Virus record (IMG/VR): IMGVR_UViG_3300042386_000720
Location: 1 to 64,000 of that record
Length of the DNA stretch: 64,000 nucleotides
Source of the DNA: an uncultured virus (IMG/VR IMGVR_UViG_3300042386_000720)
Taxonomy: Duplodnaviria > Heunggongvirae > Uroviricota > Caudoviricetes
Reading direction: 5' to 3' (one strand)
This document shows, one piece after another, positions 30,798 through 40,878 of this stretch; position 1 is the stretch's first letter, and every line of letters begins with the position of its first letter. Position numbers and translations under genes: made by a program. Below the pieces are notes generated by a model. The model had not been told where the DNA came from, made no database searches, and worked only from the letters and a program-made list of their open reading frames with translations.

Positions 30798-31415
30798 ATG
30801 AAAGTTAATTTATTTACGGGGTGGTTTTACGAACCCAAAAATGAAATAAGAGAATCTGAATTTGATTATTGTTATCAAATAAATAAAAATTTAAGTTTTG
30901 ATAATTACATTATTGATACATCAAAGAGACCAACTTTTAATAATTTTTTAAAAGAAATAGAAAAATATCCAAACGATATAAACATAATTGCTAATCCCGA
31001 TAATTTTTTTGATGAGACATTTTTAACTGAGTTACGTAATCTATATACGAATTACAAAGAAAAAGAAAAACTATGTTTAGGATTAACAAGATGGAATTAT
31101 GTTAATGAAAACCATATTTGGTTTTTTAATGCAAAGGATTCGCAAGATGTCTTTATATTTTATGGTTCTATTAATTTAGACGAATATGAAGAAATACCTT
31201 TTGGTGTGCCTGGAGGTGATAATAGGATGGCAGCATGGTTAATGCATAATTTTAATAAAAATGTATATAACCCAAGTAAAGATTTAAAATATTATCATTA
31301 TCATCCATCAGATGATTTAACCAGAACATATTTGGATGAAAACAGACAAAGAAAATCTTACATAACCGGACCACATGAATTTTTAATTCCATGTTCATTA
31401 AATGATATTAAATAA
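30798..31415 (+). CDS. Putative glycosyltransferase-like protein
   Basis: IIANPD, SQD, FG.PG.DNR. Confidence 0.65.
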   Translation: MKVNLFTGWFYEPKNEIRESEFDYCYQINKNLSFDNYIIDTSKRPTFNNFLKEIEKYPNDINIIANPDNFFDETFLTELRNLYTNYKEKEKLCLGLTRWNYVNENHIWFFNAKDSQDVFIFYGSINLDEYEEIPFGVPGGDNRMAAWLMHNFNKNVYNPSKDLKYYHYHPSDDLTRTYLDENRQRKSYITGPHEFLIPCSLNDIK

Positions 31416-33754
31416 TGATAGAGAATATATTATCTTTTACAAATAAAAAAATAGATTCGTCAATTATTAATGACGAACAAATAAAAAATTTGGTTTTCTA
31501 TTTGTTAGATTCTATCGATAATAATGTCGAGGGTGACGTTGTTGAGTTTGGGTGTTATGTTGGGGAGTCTAGCAAATACCTAATGAAGACATTGTTAGAA
31601 TCAAATTCAAATAAAAAACTTTTTGTTTACGATTCTTTTGAAGGTCTACCTCCATTATCTAAATGGGAAGAAAATAGCGGGTGGAGAGCCGGAACACTAA
31701 AAAGTAGTGAAGAAGTATTAATCTCAAACTTCGAACAGAATAATCTACCATTACCTATAATACATAAGGATTGGTTTAAGAACGTTCCTGAAGATAAAAT
31801 ACCTGAAAAAATATCTTTTGCTTTTTTAGATGGTGATTTTTACGATTCAATATATGATAGTTTAAGTAAAGTTTTTGATAGAGTTACTGATGGAGGTTAT
31901 ATTTGTTTTCATGATTACCAAAGAAATGATTTACCAGGCGTTCGTGCTGCAATAGAAGATGTTTTTAAAGAAAAGGGAGTTGATTATACTGTAGAAGAAG
32001 TTTGTGAACAATTAGGGGTGTATAGAAAAAATGGTATAATTGAAAATAAAATACCTAAAAGACCCAATGGTGAAGTTAAATATGGTGGGACAACAATTGT
32101 CACTGGTATTTGGGATATTAAAAGAGAAGAACTTACTGAAGGTTGGAGTAGAAAATTTGACCATTACTTAAATCATTTGTCTAATTTGATGAAGACAGAT
32201 GATAACATGATAATTTATATTGAGGAGAAGTATAGGTCATTTGTTGAGGAACGTAGAGCTAGAGAGAATACATTAATAATTGTTAGGGAACTAGAATGGT
32301 TTAAGAAAAGTGAATTCTTTGATAAGATTCAAAAAATAAGAAATAATCCAGATTGGTTTAATACATCTGGATGGTTACCTGAAAGTACTCAAGCAAAATT
32401 GGAAATGTATAACCCAATTGTCATGTCAAAAGTGTTTCTTTTAAATGATGCATCAATAATGGACCCATTCAACTCATCTCATTTAGTTTGGGTGGATGGT
32501 GCAATTACAAATACGGTACACGAGGGTTATTTTTGGAAAGATAAAATTACCAATAATATAAGTAAGAATTTCAACAAGTTTACATTTGTTTGTTTTTCAT
32601 ATGATGGTAAAGTTGAAATACACGGTTTCAAATATGATGAGATGTGTAGATATTCTGAAGACGAAGTAAATAAAGTTGCAAGAGGCGGAATATTTGGTGG
32701 TCCTAAACATATGATTAGTAAAATCAATGAAATATATTACTCATTGATGAACGACACATTATCCAATGGATTGATGGGAACTGAGGAAAGTCTTTTTACT
32801 ATTATTACATACAAGTATCCTGAATTAGTACAATATTATGAAATTGGTCAAGATGGATTATTGGGTGTGTTTTTTGAGAATTTAAAAAATGACACGTTAT
32901 TAGCAAAACAAGAAAAATCAAGTGTGGTTCAAATTAACCCACATAGTAAAGAAAATGTTGCACTATATGTAATGACATATAACTCACCAAAACAATTTGA
33001 AAAATTATGTATGTCTTTTGAATTGTATGATAGAAATTTTTTAGACAGACCAAAGAAGTTTTTATTAAATAATTCATTAAATAGAGAAACGGATGTTGAA
33101 TATTCAACATTGTGTACGAAGTATGGTTTTGAAGAAATAAAGAAAGATAATTTGGGTATTTGTGGTGGAAGACAATTTATTTCGGAACATTCGGAAGAGA
33201 ATGGATTTGATTATCATATGTTTTTTGAAGATGATATGTTTTTTTATTTAGGTCCTGATGAATTTTGTAAAAACGGTTTTAAAAGAAAAATAAAAGATTT
33301 TTACAATGTCATGATGGATATTGCTTGGACCGAAAACTTTGATTTTCTAAAATGGAATTTTACTGAATTTTTTGGTAGTAATAGTAGACAATGGTCTTGG
33401 CATAACGTATCTATTGACACTAGATCTAAATTGTTTCCTGAAAAACCTGTCAAAACGAATAATGACCACAATTACGCACCTTACACAAATTTTAAAAATA
33501 TTAAAATCCATAGATCTGTTCCATATATAACCGGTGAGATTTATTATTGCAATTGGCCTCAAGTTGTATCCAAAGAGGGGAATAGGAAAATGTTTTTGGC
33601 AATTAAATGGGATAGCCCGTTTGAACAAACATGGATGTCCCATATATTTCAAGAGACATTAAAAAACAACATAAAGCCGGGACTATTATTAGCATCCCCC
33701 ACAGAACACGATAGGTTTGAACATTATTCAAGTAATGAGAGAAGAGAAAACTAA
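31415..33754 (+). CDS. TylF/MycF O-methyltransferase + HtrL/YibB-like + GT-A fusion
   Basis: GDVVEFGC..G, DSFEGLP, LDGDFY, HDY; TIVT..WDI.R, WVDG, GG.FGG, GTEE; FFEDD. Confidence 0.85.
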   Translation: MIENILSFTNKKIDSSIINDEQIKNLVFYLLDSIDNNVEGDVVEFGCYVGESSKYLMKTLLESNSNKKLFVYDSFEGLPPLSKWEENSGWRAGTLKSSEEVLISNFEQNNLPLPIIHKDWFKNVPEDKIPEKISFAFLDGDFYDSIYDSLSKVFDRVTDGGYICFHDYQRNDLPGVRAAIEDVFKEKGVDYTVEEVCEQLGVYRKNGIIENKIPKRPNGEVKYGGTTIVTGIWDIKREELTEGWSRKFDHYLNHLSNLMKTDDNMIIYIEEKYRSFVEERRARENTLIIVRELEWFKKSEFFDKIQKIRNNPDWFNTSGWLPESTQAKLEMYNPIVMSKVFLLNDASIMDPFNSSHLVWVDGAITNTVHEGYFWKDKITNNISKNFNKFTFVCFSYDGKVEIHGFKYDEMCRYSEDEVNKVARGGIFGGPKHMISKINEIYYSLMNDTLSNGLMGTEESLFTIITYKYPELVQYYEIGQDGLLGVFFENLKNDTLLAKQEKSSVVQINPHSKENVALYVMTYNSPKQFEKLCMSFELYDRNFLDRPKKFLLNNSLNRETDVEYSTLCTKYGFEEIKKDNLGICGGRQFISEHSEENGFDYHMFFEDDMFFYLGPDEFCKNGFKRKIKDFYNVMMDIAWTENFDFLKWNFTEFFGSNSRQWSWHNVSIDTRSKLFPEKPVKTNNDHNYAPYTNFKNIKIHRSVPYITGEIYYCNWPQVVSKEGNRKMFLAIKWDSPFEQTWMSHIFQETLKNNIKPGLLLASPTEHDRFEHYSSNERREN

Positions 33755-33768
33755 TAATAAAAAAACCC

Positions 33769-33912
33769 CTATTTTGGGGTTTTCTTTTTTTCTTCTGGTT
33801 TTTGTAAACCTTTTTTTAGCTCACCTTTTTTCTCACCGTCTTTTTTCATTGCGATTTTGTGTTGATTAGAGATTTTCTTTTTCTCTTCTTCAGACATTCC
33901 AAATACTCCCAT
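33769..33912 (-). CDS. Small Lys/Glu-rich protein (47 aa)
   Basis: MGVFGMSEEEKKKISNQH...; directly follows the upstream gene. Confidence 0.55.
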   Translation of the reverse strand: MGVFGMSEEEKKKISNQHKIAMKKDGEKKGELKKGLQKPEEKKKTPK

Positions 33913-33913
33913 A

Positions 33914-34204
33914 TTAAATTGTATTAGCGTTTATTATTTCAATTGAATCGTCTTTTTTATTTTTAAGTTTTTCACATTTTTCATATTCTTCTCTTTCCTC
34001 AAAAACTAATATTAACGAATCTATTATTTCTATGTATAATTCTAAATCATTATCATATGATAAGATGGTACATGTATTATTATAATCATTTAATATGTCA
34101 TTGTCAAGAGAAGTGATAAAATCATAAATCATGATTAACTCCTCCTCATCATAATTTCCAACATTTAAAACTCTTGTTGCCTGTAATAAAAAATTAAAAT
34201 TCAT
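33914..34204 (-). CDS. UVR-motif protein
   Basis: FEEREEYEKCEKLK. Confidence 0.7.
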   Translation of the reverse strand: MNFNFLLQATRVLNVGNYDEEELIMIYDFITSLDNDILNDYNNTCTILSYDNDLELYIEIIDSLILVFEEREEYEKCEKLKNKKDDSIEIINANTI

Positions 34205-34218
34205 ATTATAAATACATT

Positions 34219-34545
34219 CTATTGTTTATCTCTTATTAATTTATCTAAGATTCTAAAACACTCTAAAAATCCATCATATTCCACCTCACTTCTGGTCGTC
34301 TTAGAATCCTGAGTTGGGCCAAATACCACCCCATTAGCCAACGATATTGAAAATACCCATTGGTGAGGGTTATACATTTCAATAGTCAAATATACACCTT
34401 CTTTATCAAAAAAATAATAAAGTTTTTTTGTGTCATAAAATTCCAAAGTTGATAAACTTAAAACTCCCACATTAGGAAACATTACATTTGTAAATTTCTT
34501 AAATGAGGAAGGATACAAATATTCAACACTATACCAATCTATCAT
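34219..34545 (-). CDS. Hypothetical protein
   Basis: ORF from MIDW. Confidence 0.7.
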   Translation of the reverse strand: MIDWYSVEYLYPSSFKKFTNVMFPNVGVLSLSTLEFYDTKKLYYFFDKEGVYLTIEMYNPHQWVFSISLANGVVFGPTQDSKTTRSEVEYDGFLECFRILDKLIRDKQ

Positions 34546-34631
34546 ATTATTAATTATAATGCATTTATAGTACTTTGTATATTGTATTTTTTGTTTTTTC
34601 AATAAAATCAATATAATTATGATTGTTTACA

Positions 34632-34871
34632 ATGATTATACACGAATTCTATTACAATGATGACAACAGGAGGTTGTACATTGAGTTTTCAACAGATGAT
34701 GATAGTGATAATTTCTATCGAGTTCTAAATCTTGGATTTGAGGATGTTGAATACTATTCTCCCGAAATAATTGTTGAGGAGGATATGGAAGATATCGATG
34801 AAGATTTTGTAAAAGAATTAATTACTCAATACGGTAAAGAAAATGATTTACCAGAAGAAAAAACTTTGTGA
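34632..34871 (+). CDS. Highly acidic small protein
   Basis: D/E-rich ORF. Confidence 0.7.
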   Translation: MIIHEFYYNDDNRRLYIEFSTDDDSDNFYRVLNLGFEDVEYYSPEIIVEEDMEDIDEDFVKELITQYGKENDLPEEKTL

Positions 34872-34883
34872 TATTTATTAAAT

Positions 34884-35252
34884 ATGGGATTTTTAACCGA
34901 CGATAATAAGGAGAAGTTAACTGCGTTCGTAAAGTTCGTAAAAAACCAATTGGAACTTAAGACAGTTCCCACTATTTCCATTAAAGGTAATAGGGATGGA
35001 TTAAAAACGACCGCAAATTATGACTATACCAAAGAAAATAAAATTATCAAGGTATATGGTAAAAATCGTGCATTGGTTGATATTATGAGAAGTGTGGCTC
35101 ACGAAATGGTTCACCACAAACAGTTCGAAGATGGTCGTTTAGAACAAAGACCTCCCGATATTGGTGGTGAAATTGAAGATGAAGCGAACGCCAAAGCCGG
35201 TCAATACATTAAATTGTATTCAAAAGAAGACCCAACCATTTACGAAGATTAA
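34884..35252 (+). CDS. HExxH metallopeptidase-like protein
   Basis: RSVAHEMVHHKQ...EDEANAKAG. Confidence 0.8.
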   Translation: MGFLTDDNKEKLTAFVKFVKNQLELKTVPTISIKGNRDGLKTTANYDYTKENKIIKVYGKNRALVDIMRSVAHEMVHHKQFEDGRLEQRPPDIGGEIEDEANAKAGQYIKLYSKEDPTIYED

Positions 35253-36085
35253 TTAATGGTTTTACTAACACCATCAATATATAAGATTTGATTATAATAT
35301 TGAGTTGGTAAATTGTTGTTTATAAATGTATTATAAATCCCCAATTTCATTTGAATTGAACACTTTGTTGGGTTACTAACTGTAGGTCGACCCTCAATAA
35401 AAAGTAACTTATCATTTACATAAACTTTAATGTATCCATCAGATTTATCCGAGACTTTAACTTCGTATTTTATGTTAATCCATTTATCATATGGGTTATT
35501 TGTTATTACATAATCATGTAAACCAATCCAAGTAAATTCTTTATGTGTTCTAATCAGCAAATTATTATTTTTTTCCATCACCAAATAAGCTAAAGAACCA
35601 ACAGTCCCGTCACCACCGTCCCAATGGACTTGACTCAATACCAATAAACCGTCTTTTGTTGGTTTAAAGTTGTTTTGGGTGGGTATAAAAACATTCTCTG
35701 TGTATATAATGGTTTTCCCAAGGACGGTAGATGGATTAACCCAATCCTCCCTAATTTCACTTCTACTTCTACCTGTTGAACAATCATCATATCCAACACC
35801 TCCACCACAATCACCCGGTTTTAATTCAAATCTGGATGATTCATTACCATCACAGACAGGATAACCATTTATTTTATTAACAATAAGCGAACCATATGAT
35901 TTATTACCATATGTGTTATTATTAACAAATCTAATACCGTTGAAAACATCATAATTGATGGTATCCGAACATGAATAACCAATAACACTATCTTTTGTTT
36001 TTTCTACAGAAACAACATTTCTTGTGTTTATATCTTCTTTTTGACAAGAAGATATTACAACTAATAAGATTAATAATCTTCTCAT
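35249..36085 (-). CDS. Polysaccharide-lyase-like (jelly-roll) lipoprotein
   Basis: Lipobox ISSC; RFEL..GD, RSE, SQ.H, DGYIKVYVN, KLGIYN. Confidence 0.75.
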   Translation of the reverse strand: MRRLLILLVVISSCQKEDINTRNVVSVEKTKDSVIGYSCSDTINYDVFNGIRFVNNNTYGNKSYGSLIVNKINGYPVCDGNESSRFELKPGDCGGGVGYDDCSTGRSRSEIREDWVNPSTVLGKTIIYTENVFIPTQNNFKPTKDGLLVLSQVHWDGGDGTVGSLAYLVMEKNNNLLIRTHKEFTWIGLHDYVITNNPYDKWINIKYEVKVSDKSDGYIKVYVNDKLLFIEGRPTVSNPTKCSIQMKLGIYNTFINNNLPTQYYNQILYIDGVSKTIN

Positions 36086-36086
36086 A

Positions 36087-36650
36087 TTATCTTGAAAAAT
36101 ATAAAGTAACTCTTACAGTTGCGGCTTTGTCTCTTGCACCATTAGACATATATAAATCCGTAACAATCGGAGGACTAAGTAATGTTAAAGTTCTTGGATA
36201 CCCTACATCATTTGCTCTATATGTATAATTTGTCACCGCACCGTTGGCGGTATTCATTACCTCTAAATTATTATCATATAACGAAAGATTTACCCAAAAT
36301 GGTTCAGGTTTAACATTACCTACCATTTGTTGATAATCGCAATACAGTTGTTTATTATTACTATCAAACTCCCATGTGGTTTTACCTTTTATAAAACGTC
36401 TATCTACTGCGGTTTTTGAATAGTCTTGTTTTAATATCAGATTACTATCGGTTAATTGTTGTATATTAAAAAAAGTAATACACACCGTATCCGTTTTAAT
36501 GACCTTAACGTTACTAATTGCACTTATAACCGTGACCTCATAGTCGGTGAATATCCATTTACCTCCCGTTAATCTGGGCGGAGATTCTAATTCATACTTC
36601 TCACACCCAAATAGGGTAAAAACAACTAAAATTGATATTAATTTCCTCAT
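36087..36650 (-). CDS. Lipoprotein (lipocalin-like)
   Basis: Lipobox LFGC; L.GGKW motif. Confidence 0.7.
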   Translation of the reverse strand: MRKLISILVVFTLFGCEKYELESPPRLTGGKWIFTDYEVTVISAISNVKVIKTDTVCITFFNIQQLTDSNLILKQDYSKTAVDRRFIKGKTTWEFDSNNKQLYCDYQQMVGNVKPEPFWVNLSLYDNNLEVMNTANGAVTNYTYRANDVGYPRTLTLLSPPIVTDLYMSNGARDKAATVRVTLYFSR

Positions 36651-36731
36651 GTCTTTATATTTTAAGCAAAAATAGGTATTTTTTGGTATATCATAATCAA
36701 TTTCAAAGATTTTTTTAGGTATTTATATATT

Positions 36732-36989
36732 ATGAGAATGGTAATTAACGAAAAACAATTAAAATTGATAGTGTCAACTGAAAATCAAGAACTTGAAGAA
36801 CAGGGGGATGTTGCTAGTGAACCGTCGCCAGGTACGTCAGGCACCCAAGCTGGTGGTCAAGGATACCCTGAGGTTGGTAAATGGGAAACTGGTATAGAAA
36901 GAGGTCCCGCCAATCAAATTGGGGTTACAAAGTGGGCTGATATTGTTGGTGCTAATTTAAAAAGAGGTAAGGCTAATCCATTAAAATAA
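36732..36989 (+). CDS. Hypothetical protein (INEKQL motif)
   Basis: ORF after TATTTATA; RGPAN/RGKAN internal repeat. Confidence 0.75.
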   Translation: MRMVINEKQLKLIVSTENQELEEQGDVASEPSPGTSGTQAGGQGYPEVGKWETGIERGPANQIGVTKWADIVGANLKRGKANPLK

Positions 36990-37027
36990 GAAATTACGGA
37001 TATTTATATAGAAATAAAAAAAAAATA

Positions 37028-38215
37028 ATGGTTTATCAAACAAGAAATATAGTAACGGAATCTGAAAGGAATAGAATCAGCTCAATACATGGATTTGTAC
37101 CAAAAAAACGTGATTATATATTTGAAGCGTGTGTTACGGTTGATGGAAGATATTTTGTTATACAAGACGAAGTATTTGACATACAAGAACAAAGAACAAT
37201 AGGAAACCTTTGGGGTTCATTAGATGTGTTTAAAACAATTTTTGAAAGTATAAAATTAGAAGATGAAGGTTATTCACAAATAAGAGAAAACATTCTCTCT
37301 TTACCAATATTAGAATCACAACAAAACCTTTATGGTTTAAGAGACATATTACTTGAATTTGAATTTTTACAAGACACTTGGTTAGGTAGACAATTTAAAA
37401 AGGCCGGAGATAGTACTGCAGATTTTCTTAAAACATCATATGAAGGTGTAAAGAAATTTGGACTTGCAGTTTCTCAGGGAGAATGGATGGGTATTTTAAA
37501 ATTATTAGGTCAGGGTGTAAAGTATGTTTTAAGAAAATTAAAAGACGCTCTATATAGTAATTTGGGTATGATTGTGGATGCAATTTTAATTGCAACGGGT
37601 GTTGGTGCCGGTGCCGCAAAAATTGCTTGGGGAATGGTTGTTGCATTAGATGCTTACCAATTAATAAGTGACGATTGGCCAGAGGAAGAAAAGAATAACC
37701 CATTTTGGTTAAAATGTTTATTTTTTGGTTTTGATATATTAGGATTTGTAAGTGCGGCAGCCGCAGCTAAAGCAGCCAAAGCGGGGATAATGCCACTTAA
37801 ATCAATTGCAAATAGTCCAGCAAGAATTGCACAATATTTTGAAAAAAACCCAAAAGTTAAAGGAATGATAACCTCAATGGTTGACGGAATTAAACAAGTT
37901 CCAGCCCTTTTACAATCAGTAATGAAAACACTTGCAACTAAATTTCCTAAAGGTGCCAGTTTTATTAACGGTATTTTAGGTGGATTAAAATCCATATCAA
38001 CAAGATTTACTGAAAGTTTACAAAGATTATTGGGACAAACTGCAGGTACAGGAGCATCTGCCGGTGTGAAGACCACTGGTGTACTTTATGGTTTTGAGAA
38101 AGTAATTGGCGGACATGAAACTAAAGGTGCGAGTGTTGCTATGGACCCTAAGATAGCGGACCAATATGCTGAATTAGTTAGAACTAAATATAATGGTAAA
38201 GATCCATTTGATTAA
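37028..38215 (+). CDS. Membrane-helix-containing putative virion protein
   Basis: IVTESE motif; hydrophobic helices. Confidence 0.75.
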   Translation: MVYQTRNIVTESERNRISSIHGFVPKKRDYIFEACVTVDGRYFVIQDEVFDIQEQRTIGNLWGSLDVFKTIFESIKLEDEGYSQIRENILSLPILESQQNLYGLRDILLEFEFLQDTWLGRQFKKAGDSTADFLKTSYEGVKKFGLAVSQGEWMGILKLLGQGVKYVLRKLKDALYSNLGMIVDAILIATGVGAGAAKIAWGMVVALDAYQLISDDWPEEEKNNPFWLKCLFFGFDILGFVSAAAAAKAAKAGIMPLKSIANSPARIAQYFEKNPKVKGMITSMVDGIKQVPALLQSVMKTLATKFPKGASFINGILGGLKSISTRFTESLQRLLGQTAGTGASAGVKTTGVLYGFEKVIGGHETKGASVAMDPKIADQYAELVRTKYNGKDPFD

Positions 38216-38233
38216 ATTTAATATTTATAATAT

Positions 38234-40075
38234 ATGAAAAATAATACAAACACAATTGACAGAATTAAATTAATGATGTCATATAATAATGAAAAAACAT
38301 TAAATGAAAATTTAAATGCTTTAAAGTTGGTAAGTGAAGATGAGTCAACTGAGGTTGAAGAACAAAGACAACAAATTGCAAATAGATTTAAAAATGCCGC
38401 TACGGGAGCCAAGGAAACTGCTATAATTTCCGCAATGGGTAAAGAATTTAAATTGTCTGATAATGTTATCGCAACAGCATTAACAAAAGACCTTACTCAA
38501 TTAACTAAAGAACTTGAAGATGCAATAAAGTTGGATTTGAAAAATGGAGTAAGAATATCAACAACAAATACATTGGGACCTGCAGCAAAGGAAGCCTCTA
38601 AATTAAAGGCAATGAAAGAAATGTCATTAAAAAGTAATGAATTAAAAGCATCAGGAAAAAATATAACAACTAAAGAAATTGATGATATAGTCTTAAGAGC
38701 ACAAACCGAATCTAAAGAGATGGCTAGAAAATTAGAAACGGGTGTTGTTAGTAAAGAAGGAAAAAAAGCGGCTAATCAAACAAAGAAAATTGCAGATTTA
38801 GAAGCGAAGATTAAACAATTAGAAACTGTTAAAACACCTCAACAAGCAGAAGCCGCAATTAAAAATGAGGTTAACATTACCATGACTCAGGGAGGTTCGG
38901 CAGGAACACAAGCAGGAGCCGCAGTAACACATGCTGAAGTACAAGCAATTAAAGAAATTGCGCCAGAAGCTAAAGTTGTTGCTCAAGAATCCAAAGCCAT
39001 TGTTGAAACAATGAAACCTTCTAAATGGCAAAAGTTTAAAGCAATTGCCGGTAGATTAAGTCCAAAATATTGGATTATGTTAGGTTTAGCTGGTGTAGGT
39101 GGTTGGTATCTTTGGAAATTTTTTAAAGGTGGAACAACAAAACCTGGAGATCAATTATTTGGTAAATGTCTAGATGATGTTATTGATGATACCGGAACAA
39201 CAATTAGAAATACAACGGGCGGAGATCCAGTAGTACAAGTTACAAAAACAGGTAATTCTGAATATGATGGAAAGGGTGGTTTATGGTTTTACAATAACGG
39301 TAGAGTATTCATGAAGGATCAATCAAAAAGAGGTAGATGGTCTTGTAAAGGTACACAAACAGTAATTGCAGAACAAGGAGATGGTAATCCAAATACAGGT
39401 ATTGGTAACATTAATATTACTTGGGATGGTGAAACCGCACCTGTTGATGGTGGCGGAGGTTCTGGAAGTGGAGGTTCTGGAAGTTCAAATCCAAACTATC
39501 AAGATTGTTCAACAAAAGATTTTCCGTTTGAATTTGGATGTATTTCACCAAAAATTGCAGAAATACAAAAATGTTTAGGTATCACACCACAAAAAGGTTA
39601 TTTTGGACCTAAGACTAAAAAAGGTTTAGAAGATTTACAATATAATTTATCTGGTGGTATTACAAAAGAAACATATGATAAGATTATTTCAGCTTGTAAT
39701 CCAGTAACAGGATCTACAACGGGTACAACCACGGGTTCTACAACAGGTTCTACCGCTTCAGTAACGGGTACAACTACAGGTTCTACAACTGGTAACACAA
39801 CAACAGCACCTATAACACCTCCAGCAGTACCTGCCGAACCTGTATACGATAGAAACAGATTACAAGAATTATTGGCTAGTAAAAATTTAGTTAAAAAACG
39901 TAATGGTGTTATTGTTAAATGGAAAGGTCCTGAATTAGAAGGTAACGACTATTACATCTTAGATAAATATTTGAAAGACCAAGGTTATATTCAAAAGAAA
40001 CAAAGAGAAACTGGAGATAGAGACGATGAAGATGTAACAATGAAATATAAGTGGAAATTACAAGGAGAAGAATAA
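38234..40075 (+). CDS. Coiled-coil/TM protein with PG-binding-like domain and Thr/Ser-rich linker
   Basis: IQKCLGI...GYFGPKT; TGSTTGTTTGST repeats. Confidence 0.75.
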   Translation: MKNNTNTIDRIKLMMSYNNEKTLNENLNALKLVSEDESTEVEEQRQQIANRFKNAATGAKETAIISAMGKEFKLSDNVIATALTKDLTQLTKELEDAIKLDLKNGVRISTTNTLGPAAKEASKLKAMKEMSLKSNELKASGKNITTKEIDDIVLRAQTESKEMARKLETGVVSKEGKKAANQTKKIADLEAKIKQLETVKTPQQAEAAIKNEVNITMTQGGSAGTQAGAAVTHAEVQAIKEIAPEAKVVAQESKAIVETMKPSKWQKFKAIAGRLSPKYWIMLGLAGVGGWYLWKFFKGGTTKPGDQLFGKCLDDVIDDTGTTIRNTTGGDPVVQVTKTGNSEYDGKGGLWFYNNGRVFMKDQSKRGRWSCKGTQTVIAEQGDGNPNTGIGNINITWDGETAPVDGGGGSGSGGSGSSNPNYQDCSTKDFPFEFGCISPKIAEIQKCLGITPQKGYFGPKTKKGLEDLQYNLSGGITKETYDKIISACNPVTGSTTGTTTGSTTGSTASVTGTTTGSTTGNTTTAPITPPAVPAEPVYDRNRLQELLASKNLVKKRNGVIVKWKGPELEGNDYYILDKYLKDQGYIQKKQRETGDRDDEDVTMKYKWKLQGEE

Positions 40076-40076
40076 T

Positions 40077-40721
40077 ATGAAAGATATTAAAAAAATAGTA
40101 AGTGAAACCCTCTCAAAGAAGCATTCTATAAACGAATCCTTTGAGAGGATTTTTCTAAATGAAAATGATGAGGATAAATTTGGTTTAACCATACAATATT
40201 TGGGTAAATTGATAGATGAGGGATATGACAATGAACAAATAGAAGGTGTGGTAAATGAACAATTTGATTGGTTAAAAAAACTATTCACACCAAACAAACA
40301 AAATCCACAAGATGCATCTACAAGAAGTGGTATTTTAGATAAAGTAGGTGGTGGGGCCATTTCACAATTTAAAGAATATGCAATAACAACATTATTAAAC
40401 CTAATAGGGTTTAAAGGTCCGTTAGTGAGTGCAATGGCAACTGCAATGAGTGAAATGACATTAAGTGATTTAATTGCTGTCTTTAGAGATAAACAAAGTT
40501 GTTCATATCATGGTAGTACTGTTGCTGATGCGTTATCAGAATCATTAGTGGTATATATTATTTCATCAAGTACTGAAGAAGATTCAATGGCTGCGAATTT
40601 CTTAAGAAATACGGTATTTGAATACATAAAATCAAGTCAATTTGGTGAAATGTTAGCAAATGCTGTTTGTAATGTTGCATATAAAACAAAATCATCAATT
40701 ATTTCAAACATTAATGAATAA
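40077..40721 (+). CDS. Hypothetical protein
   Basis: KKIVSETL...INES...VNEQ. Confidence 0.8.
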   Translation: MKDIKKIVSETLSKKHSINESFERIFLNENDEDKFGLTIQYLGKLIDEGYDNEQIEGVVNEQFDWLKKLFTPNKQNPQDASTRSGILDKVGGGAISQFKEYAITTLLNLIGFKGPLVSAMATAMSEMTLSDLIAVFRDKQSCSYHGSTVADALSESLVVYIISSSTEEDSMAANFLRNTVFEYIKSSQFGEMLANAVCNVAYKTKSSIISNINE

Positions 40722-40736
40722 TAAGATATTTATATG

Positions 40737-40830
40737 TAGAGTTTAATTGGTTTGGTCGCCATTAAACGATAATACTTATAAACGAAAAGGAGGTGTTTCA
40801 AATCTCGACAAAGGGTCTTCGGACCTTTTG
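40737..40830 (+). ncRNA. Candidate small RNA with perfect SD motif
   Basis: TATTTATA promoter at 40727, 5' hairpin, AAGGAGGTG, terminal cUUCGg hairpin plus U-tract. Confidence 0.4.
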
Positions 40831-40878
40831 CTCGTTAATAGAGACACCAAACAAAAAACCCATCCGAAGATGGGTTTA

